A DNA stretch of 43,365 bases from Anaerolineae bacterium (GTDB lineage: Bacteria; Chloroflexota; Anaerolineae; J102). Both the position numbers and the translations under genes were made by a program. The notes beneath the pieces were generated by a model that was not told where the DNA came from, made no database searches, and worked only from the letters and a program-made list of their open reading frames with translations. The stretch is from positions 1-43,365 of the forward strand of contig WFTO01000414.1 of assembly GCA_015485435.1 (NCBI GenBank). Reading direction: 5' to 3'. The first letter of the stretch is position 1. Every line of letters begins with the position of its first letter. Below, piece by piece: positions 37,290 to 43,365 of this stretch.

Positions 37290-38561
37290 TCATCTCAAAT
37301 AAAACGCCCAAAGATAGACGGTGGCTATGAGCATCGAAAAGAAGGTAGTAACCATACCATATTTGGCAAATGTTACAAAGGAAATTTTATGGCCGCTGCG
37401 TTCAGCAAAGCTGGCCACCACCACATTGGCTGATGCGCCAATGATTGTGAGATTGCCTCCTAAATCCGCTCCCATGGCAAGCGCCCACCACAATGGCCAT
37501 ATATCCATGCCACCCTCTCCCAATTTCTGAATGACGGGGATGATGGTGGCCGTGTAAGGTATGTTGTCAACCAATCCGCTTAATAGCGCGGACCCCCAAA
37601 GCAAGGCGATGGTGGTTACGGCGACATTCCCTTTGGTGGTTTCCAAAAGCCAGCTGGCGATGACATCGATGACGCCTACATGCACCAAGGCCTCAACCAA
37701 CACAAAAAGCCCCACGAAAAACATTAGCGTGGCCCATTCCACATGATGAAAAACTTTATGAGCAGATTCCCGCGTCCATAAAATCAATACGGCCGCGCCC
37801 GCTAAAGCAATCGTTGCGCTTTCAAGCCCCAAAAAACCGTGCAACATAAACCCCACCAAGACAAGCCCCAACACAGTCAACGATTTGCGCAATAATACAT
37901 CATCGGTGATGAGCGTTGATGCGTCGACAGTCGCAGGCTCGACAACTTCGGCATTGGCTATTTTCAACTGATTTCTAAAAAGCAAGGGGAGCCCCAAAAC
38001 GAATAGAATCAGGGTGATCAAAATATACGGTCCCATATTGATAAGGAAGGTCAAAAAATCGATGCCAGCCGCACTGCCAATGAGAATATTCGGAGGATCG
38101 CCGATCAGGGTGGAAGCGCCGCCAATATTCGAGGCCAAGGTTTCTGCAATGAGAAAAGGAATGGGACTAACACCCAAACTCGATGCTGCAACCAAAGTGA
38201 CGGGCGCCAACAACACCACGACAGTTACATTGTCTAACATAGCAGAGGTGACTGCAGTCACCAACACCAAGATTTGCATAATGCGAGTCGGGTTTCCCTT
38301 TCCCAGCTGGATCGCCTTGACGCCCATCCACTGAAAAACCCCGGTTTCCCCCATAATATTTGCAATCACCATCATGCCCGTCAACAAAAACAACACATTT
38401 AGATCGATGGCGTCGAAGGCTACGTCTTGGGAATAGGATTTGATAAAAATAATAGCAGCCATTCCTCCAACAAGAGCAACAGCCGCACGATCCACCTTTT
38501 CAGAAACAATGGCCGCATAGACCAACACAAAAATGGTGACTGCGATGATAGCTTCGTTCAT
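37290..38561 (-). CDS. ArsB/NhaD (SLC13-like) superfamily permease
   Basis: 423 aa, about 11-12 TM helices, with a duplicated-repeat architecture and motifs typical of YbiR/ArsB-like anion permeases. Confidence 0.75.
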   Translation of the reverse strand: MNEAIIAVTIFVLVYAAIVSEKVDRAAVALVGGMAAIIFIKSYSQDVAFDAIDLNVLFLLTGMMVIANIMGETGVFQWMGVKAIQLGKGNPTRIMQILVLVTAVTSAMLDNVTVVVLLAPVTLVAASSLGVSPIPFLIAETLASNIGGASTLIGDPPNILIGSAAGIDFLTFLINMGPYILITLILFVLGLPLLFRNQLKIANAEVVEPATVDASTLITDDVLLRKSLTVLGLVLVGFMLHGFLGLESATIALAGAAVLILWTRESAHKVFHHVEWATLMFFVGLFVLVEALVHVGVIDVIASWLLETTKGNVAVTTIALLWGSALLSGLVDNIPYTATIIPVIQKLGEGGMDIWPLWWALAMGADLGGNLTIIGASANVVVASFAERSGHKISFVTFAKYGMVTTFFSMLIATVYLWAFYLR

Positions 38562-38570
38562 GATCTCATT

Positions 38571-39455
38571 TTATGAAGATTTCCGCCCTTTAAGGATGTC
38601 AAGGGACAGATTCAACAGGTCTTGTAAACTAATATAACCGACTACGCGGGTGTTCTCATCAACCATTGGCAGTCCAGAGAGGCCATGTTTGTGCATTTGT
38701 GCGAAGGCGTCACCAACCGTGTCAGAGAGGCGAATAGAAACCGGCTCCAGCATCAGGTCAGCGATATTATGCACGTTGGCCATCTTTCCGAAATCGAGAC
38801 TTTGATCGATGTCGCTGGTCAGTTCGCTATAAAAGACTTCCGGCATAATGCCGAAGAAAATATGATCGGCCAGTTGACGCAATGTGATGATACCTAAAAG
38901 GTGCCCTGTCTGACTGATAATGGCCCCAACGTGTGCATAAGGGCTTTGCAAAAAGGCTTTGGCGGCTTCTAATAATGTAGCGCTTGTGGGTATCACGACC
39001 GGCTCGATGTTTAAAATGTGCACAACCTGATCCAAAGGGGTATCACGGATCATGATATCCGCCAGATCGGTTGCGGGAATCGTTTCGGATCGTTCGCGTC
39101 GTTCACGTTTTTGTACGCCTACGGCGCGCCGCACAGGCACGGTAAAAAGAATGCCGCTATTTTCTCGACCAAACCCCCCCATGGCCTGTTCAGCCGCGGC
39201 AATGGCGCTATCAACTTGCTCGGCACGAATAACAGCTAATAAGGTCCGTCTTTTTAATTCCGCCGCACCAAACATTTTATGCAACCCTGCCAGGCCGATC
39301 TCATCCAACCAGTTTTTCGCCCGATACGCGCCGATACTCGTCAGCAAGGTGGCTCCCGACACGCCAGCCTCTCGTAAGGCGTCCAATAATGCTGGAAGCC
39401 GATCAAGGTCATCGATGATTATGACCAATAATTCATAATGATTTGCGGTCACCAT
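38571..39455 (-). CDS. PII-like N-terminal domain fused to a CBS-pair protein
   Basis: The N-terminal region ELLVIIIDDLDRLPALLDALREAGVSGATLL has a beta-alpha-beta pattern like PII. Two C-terminal CBS motifs are present (...HLLGIITLRQL..., ...RVVGYISLQDLL). It lies 9 nt upstream of the permease gene. Confidence 0.65.
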   Translation of the reverse strand: MVTANHYELLVIIIDDLDRLPALLDALREAGVSGATLLTSIGAYRAKNWLDEIGLAGLHKMFGAAELKRRTLLAVIRAEQVDSAIAAAEQAMGGFGRENSGILFTVPVRRAVGVQKRERRERSETIPATDLADIMIRDTPLDQVVHILNIEPVVIPTSATLLEAAKAFLQSPYAHVGAIISQTGHLLGIITLRQLADHIFFGIMPEVFYSELTSDIDQSLDFGKMANVHNIADLMLEPVSIRLSDTVGDAFAQMHKHGLSGLPMVDENTRVVGYISLQDLLNLSLDILKGRKSS

Positions 39456-39511
39456 AACATTTTACCAGGAACGTTGTCGATTTTGGAGCTTGCTTTTACA
39501 ATTCTAACATC

Positions 39512-40222
39512 ATGCTTCGTGAATTGTTGCAACGACTCATTCGTCAATTAAAAAGCGACCCCCATTATACCATTGATCCCGCCGTTCCTACGACCGCACT
39601 GGGCACGGTGCTCAAGGAACGGGGGCTTGCTTATTTGCGCGGGCTCTTACGAAAGCCCTTTCTGGCCCAAAGTCAGGGGGCCTTGTTCGTGGGCAGACGA
39701 GTGCAAATCCTGAACTCGCGTCTGCTTTACTTGGGGCGTAGCGTCACCTTGGAGGATGACGTCAAAATCGACGCGCTCAGCCGACAGGGAGTCCATATTG
39801 GAAACAACGTTTCTATTGGGCGTTTCTCAGTAATCGAATGCACAGGCGTACTCACCCATTTGGGCATTGGTTTTTGGATTGGCGACAATTCCAATTTGGG
39901 CGATTACAATTTTGTCGGAGCGGCTGGCGGAGTCCGCATTGGTGCGAATGTGCTCATCGGGCAGGGCGTGCGCTTTCACTCCGAAAATCACGTTTTTTGT
40001 CGCGTCGATATCCCCATCAAAGAGCAAGGGGTCACCAATGAAGGCATTGTAGTTGAAGATGATGTCTGGCTCGGTTCCGGGGTGATCGTGCTCGATGGCG
40101 TCACCATCGGCCGCGGCGCCATTGTAGCTGCAGGAAGCGTCGTCACTAAAGACGTGCCTCCCTTGGCTATTGTGGGTGGGGTGCCAGCGAAAATCATTAA
40201 ATTTCGGAGTAAGGATACGTGA
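39512..40222 (+). CDS. left-handed beta-helix (hexapeptide-repeat) acetyltransferase
   Basis: Hexapeptide repeats are present: [31 protein letters not shown] and [31 protein letters not shown]. Confidence 0.85.
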   Translation: MLRELLQRLIRQLKSDPHYTIDPAVPTTALGTVLKERGLAYLRGLLRKPFLAQSQGALFVGRRVQILNSRLLYLGRSVTLEDDVKIDALSRQGVHIGNNVSIGRFSVIECTGVLTHLGIGFWIGDNSNLGDYNFVGAAGGVRIGANVLIGQGVRFHSENHVFCRVDIPIKEQGVTNEGIVVEDDVWLGSGVIVLDGVTIGRGAIVAAGSVVTKDVPPLAIVGGVPAKIIKFRSKDT

Positions 40223-41655
40223 ATCGAGAGCAGCACCACCCGCGAAATGTTCTCGGCTCAATATGGGCTGCCATCTTTGTTGGGCTCCTCGCTGGCAGCC
40301 TGGTTCTCATGATCCCAATGGGCACAATCATTCCCTTTGTGATCATTGGCGTATTGTTGTTGGTTGCACTCTTGTTGGTTGGATGGCCATTTAGCGGCGT
40401 TGCCCTCTTAATAGTGGCCGCATTGGTCACACGGTATCGGATTGACATTGGGCCAGTTACGGTTCGACCAGAGCATATCGCTGCCGTGCTCGTGGCAGGT
40501 ATTGGTTTTTTACAAATCGGCTTAGAAAGACGGTCTATGCGTATACCCGCCGCTGTTTGGTTTGCCGCGGGATGGTGGGGCATGAATTTACTCTCGGGCG
40601 CATTGTTCAGCCCTGATCGCATGATGGGCCTACAAAATGCACTACGCATAGCGTTGTCGCCTCTGACTTTCTTTCTAGTGATCAATCTCATCCCCAATAA
40701 ACGCAGCTGGCAACGCGCCGTCACCTTTTTTCTGGCAGCAGGCGTCCTGGAAGCCACCTTTGGCATAGTCGCCCGGGCGGTGTACCCATTTGGCGTTAAT
40801 CTGGGTGTGCAAGTGGCCTGGAATTTTACAGAACCCGTTCCCTATGGGACGTTTGAAGAAGGGAATTTATTCGGTAGCCATGCCGCTTCCTGGGCCATTG
40901 CCTTGCTAATGATCATTTTGGCGGCAGAACGTGTGGGAGACGCACGCCAACGACAGCTGATTCGCTTCAGCGGATTTATGATCCTGGTAGTCGCCGTTCT
41001 TTTGAGCATGTCTCGCGCCGCCTGGATCATGTTTCTTGTTGGGGCGACAGTGGTATTGATTTTTGAAAAAAATAGCCTCTGGTCACAAGTCAACCGTTTT
41101 CTATTGGCTGCCATCGCGCTGCCTCTACTCATCTTCTTCATCCTGTCGATCACACCCTACCTACCTCCTTCATTACCCTTTGTGAATCGCCTGCAATCCT
41201 TCCTCAATTTGAGCTATGATCCTACTTTTTCCGCCCGGCTTAGCGATTGGTCACTGGCTCTGCAGGATTGGAAAGAACGCCCCTGGACAGGTTGGGGGCC
41301 AGGATCGTTTTACGCAATTCACGGACTCTTGCGCGCTCGGCCTGCTTGGATCAGCAATCTATCCGTCCGCTTGCTACAAGAAACCGGCGTGGTGGGATGG
41401 CTCCTCTTTGGCGGCTTTTTCGCTACATTGATACTGCCAGGCATCAATGTAGCCCGCCAACAACAAGAGCTCACGACTCGAGGCCTCCTGTTGGCGCTCA
41501 TCATCAGTTATGCGATGCTGGTGGGTTTGGCCTATCAATCCACAGATGGCATTTGGTTGACCGCCAGTTGGGTTCATGCCGGACTCATCGCCGCCGGCGC
41601 TCACATTCTTTCCTCATCCTCCTCTTCGGGACCTACGGCCATCCACACAAAATAA
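40219..41655 (+). CDS. O-antigen ligase/polymerase-like (Wzy_C) membrane protein
   Basis: 478 aa, more than 10 TM helices, and a periplasmic-loop motif region [15 protein letters not shown]. Its GTG start overlaps the upstream TGA as GTGA. Confidence 0.75.
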   Translation: MNREQHHPRNVLGSIWAAIFVGLLAGSLVLMIPMGTIIPFVIIGVLLLVALLLVGWPFSGVALLIVAALVTRYRIDIGPVTVRPEHIAAVLVAGIGFLQIGLERRSMRIPAAVWFAAGWWGMNLLSGALFSPDRMMGLQNALRIALSPLTFFLVINLIPNKRSWQRAVTFFLAAGVLEATFGIVARAVYPFGVNLGVQVAWNFTEPVPYGTFEEGNLFGSHAASWAIALLMIILAAERVGDARQRQLIRFSGFMILVVAVLLSMSRAAWIMFLVGATVVLIFEKNSLWSQVNRFLLAAIALPLLIFFILSITPYLPPSLPFVNRLQSFLNLSYDPTFSARLSDWSLALQDWKERPWTGWGPGSFYAIHGLLRARPAWISNLSVRLLQETGVVGWLLFGGFFATLILPGINVARQQQELTTRGLLLALIISYAMLVGLAYQSTDGIWLTASWVHAGLIAAGAHILSSSSSSGPTAIHTK

Positions 41656-41667
41656 TCGCCTTCGACC

Positions 41668-42846
41668 ATGACTCCACCAATCACCATTCTCTATCCCCAC
41701 AGCTCCGACGAACTTTACGGTTCGGACATGGTGTTGTTGAATCTCGTCCGGCGATTGAACCCATCCCGGTTTCGCCCCTATGTCCTTTTACCCACCGATA
41801 TTCCATACGAGGGCAAACTTAGTCGCGAACTAGAAGCAGCGGGCATCACCTACACATCATTGGCCATGCCCGTACTGCGCAGACGTTATTTTTCTCCTTA
41901 TGGATTTCCCCGCTTCGCCAAATTATTCTTGTTTGGAACCCGTGAGGTCATTCGCATCTCTCAACAACAACAAGCAGCCTTAATCCACAGCAACACAAGC
42001 GCTGTATGGGGAGGCGCCCTGGCCGCATCACGACTTCATTTGCCTCACATTTGGCATGTCCACGAATTGATTACCGAACCGCCCCTTATTCGCCAGCTCA
42101 TTGCCTGGATGGTGCAGCGGTACAGCACCCATGTTGTCGCCATCAGCCAGGCCGTGGCCAACCATCTTCTACAAGATGCCCCTGAACTGAATGGCAAGAT
42201 ATCCATCATTTATGATGCCGTTGACACGGAACAATTTTCGCCTCAGGTGAAGGGTGAACAGCTCAGGACAACGTGGCATATTCACCCCAATGATGTGCTT
42301 GTGGGAGTGGTTGGCAGAATTTCGGCATGGAAAGGCCAACATTTCTTCCTCAGAGCCTTTGCCCAAGCCGCTCGTCAACATCCTCAACTCAAAGCGGTCA
42401 TCGTAGGCGATGTGGTGCCCGGCGAAGATTGGCGACGACAGGAACTACAACAGCTAGCACAAACGTTGGGCATCGCGCAGCGCATGCTATGGCCTGGCTA
42501 TCATGAAAACGCTCCCGAAGTCATGGCGGCCCTAGACATCCTTGTTCTCCCATCCATCCGTCCTGAACCTTTTGGCATGGTGGTCATCGAAGCCATGGCT
42601 ACAGGCATTCCTGTCATCGCCACCGCACACGGTGGCCCGTTGGAATCGATCAGCAATGGCGAGACGGGCCTGCTGGTCTCACCTGAGGACCCTGGCGATA
42701 TGGCGCGCGCACTCTCTCTGCTGGCCCATGACGCCCAGTTACGACGGCAAATGGGCGCACGCGGCCGCCAACGCGCTGAAGCCATGTTCGGGTTCTCAAC
42801 TCACGTCCGGGCCTTTCAGGATTTATACGCCTCACTCCTATCATGA
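41668..42846 (+). CDS. glycosyltransferase, GT4 (group 1) family
   Basis: 392 aa. EPFGMVVIEAMATGIPVIATAHGGPLESI, with the GT-B fold pattern. Confidence 0.88.
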   Translation: MTPPITILYPHSSDELYGSDMVLLNLVRRLNPSRFRPYVLLPTDIPYEGKLSRELEAAGITYTSLAMPVLRRRYFSPYGFPRFAKLFLFGTREVIRISQQQQAALIHSNTSAVWGGALAASRLHLPHIWHVHELITEPPLIRQLIAWMVQRYSTHVVAISQAVANHLLQDAPELNGKISIIYDAVDTEQFSPQVKGEQLRTTWHIHPNDVLVGVVGRISAWKGQHFFLRAFAQAARQHPQLKAVIVGDVVPGEDWRRQELQQLAQTLGIAQRMLWPGYHENAPEVMAALDILVLPSIRPEPFGMVVIEAMATGIPVIATAHGGPLESISNGETGLLVSPEDPGDMARALSLLAHDAQLRRQMGARGRQRAEAMFGFSTHVRAFQDLYASLLS

Positions 42847-43365
42847 ATGCGCCATTGTCTTCAACCCTGCTTTGTTATAAGCACGCCATGACATTTCGTT
42901 TCCTATCAGCGTTGCTATCGCTTATCTTATTCGTCGGCTGCACAGCAAACACGGCAACCGATTCCTCTTTCTTTGCCGCCGCTTCATCCCTTCCCGGAGT
43001 ACGAGTCTCGCTCGCAAAAGACGCCCCCCAGGGATATACAGAGACAACCCTCTCCAAAGTATATTTCTTTCGGCAACAAGGGAACGATATTTGGCTGCAC
43101 GCGCCCGAAGAGCGCTTACAGCAAGTTGATCAAGACAACTCCTTTCGCTCATGGCTCCATGCCGCGCGATCCTTACGCTTTCACACCTCCCAAGGGGATG
43201 TTTATTGGATTCCAGCGGATCGTCATAGCGATCCATTGACCTGGGTCACGAAACAGAACCTGACCCCCTGGCTGAATCAGGAGCAATTGGCGGAACTATG
43301 GGTTCAACGGGGAGAAGCATACCGCAATGCTCAGGCGTTTCGCGAAGCCATCAATGCATATACAC
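42843..43365 (+). CDS. putative lipoprotein, partial (runs off the window end)
   Basis: This frame stays open from the ATG at 42843, which overlaps the GT4 TGA as ATGA, to the end of the window. It is absent from the ORF track because no stop is reached. An internal ATG at 42888 gives MTFRFLSALLSLILFVGC with a lipobox. Confidence 0.5.
   Translation, partial: MNAPLSSTLLCYKHAMTFRFLSALLSLILFVGCTANTATDSSFFAAASSLPGVRVSLAKDAPQGYTETTLSKVYFFRQQGNDIWLHAPEERLQQVDQDNSFRSWLHAARSLRFHTSQGDVYWIPADRHSDPLTWVTKQNLTPWLNQEQLAELWVQRGEAYRNAQAFREAINAYT

Noticed and set aside
40197-40766. Long antisense or alternate-frame ORFs. Examples are 40197-40766 (-, 189 aa), 10730-11137 (+, 135 aa), 41247-41822 (+, 191 aa), 18336-18803 (+, 155 aa) and 31115-31525 (-, 136 aa).
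   Set aside because: Each lies entirely within a well-supported gene on the other strand or in another frame. Each has Arg/Ser/Pro/Cys-rich shadow-ORF composition and no recognisable motifs.
1-43365. A scan for CRISPR arrays, tRNA or rRNA genes, IS elements or transposases, integrases, toxin-antitoxin pairs and reverse transcriptases.
   Set aside because: I found no regularly spaced direct repeats, no tRNA-like T-loop contexts (GGTTCGAATCC-type) in intergenic DNA, and no matching protein motifs in any of the six frames. None is reported.

Overview
This is a 43.4-kb chromosomal segment with moderate GC by eye. It is densely coded, with about 41 protein-coding loci, one of them interrupted by an in-frame stop. 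I found no rRNA, tRNA, CRISPR array, transposase, integrase or phage genes. The gene content (RNase Y, a SpoVS homologue, an F420-type luciferase-like oxidoreductase, lipoproteins with Pro/Thr-rich linkers) suggests a Chloroflexota (Anaerolineae-like) or related lineage; this is inference only. Layout from left to right: a carbamoyltransferase flanked by two tiny membrane proteins (SxtJ/I/K-like cassette); recA, recX and rny; adenine deaminase and histidine ammonia-lyase; two tandem SGNH lipoprotein paralogues; an acyl-CoA synthetase; an interrupted membrane-EEP phosphoesterase gene; uvrC; ndk; a TPR protein; an unusual FtsK-like module; class I FBP aldolase; an MFS transporter plus a heterodimeric ABC exporter; a 448-bp gene-free gap; an LLM oxidoreductase; spoVS; a NUDIX hydrolase; an ECF sigma factor with an RsrA-like anti-sigma factor; a ten-gene minus-strand string (YjbQ, PTPS-like, DUF554, GNAT, LysE, GT4, ArsB/NhaD permease, PII-CBS and others); and an envelope polysaccharide cluster (acetyltransferase, O-antigen-ligase-like protein, GT4, lipoprotein). 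Most of the window is ordinary housekeeping. Three things deserve a second look most. First, a translationally coupled module made of a motor-only FtsK-like ATPase, a 2-TM protein with a P/Q-rich tail and a small W/R-rich protein; it sits behind a near-consensus promoter bracketed by a perfect 11-bp inverted repeat. Second, a phased same-strand array of DnaA-box-like 9-mers in the largest intergenic gap. Third, an in-frame TAA splitting a membrane-EEP gene. All functional calls rest on motif recognition from the translations. No database search was run. The ORF track uses GTG/TTG starts, so several starts were re-picked by eye.
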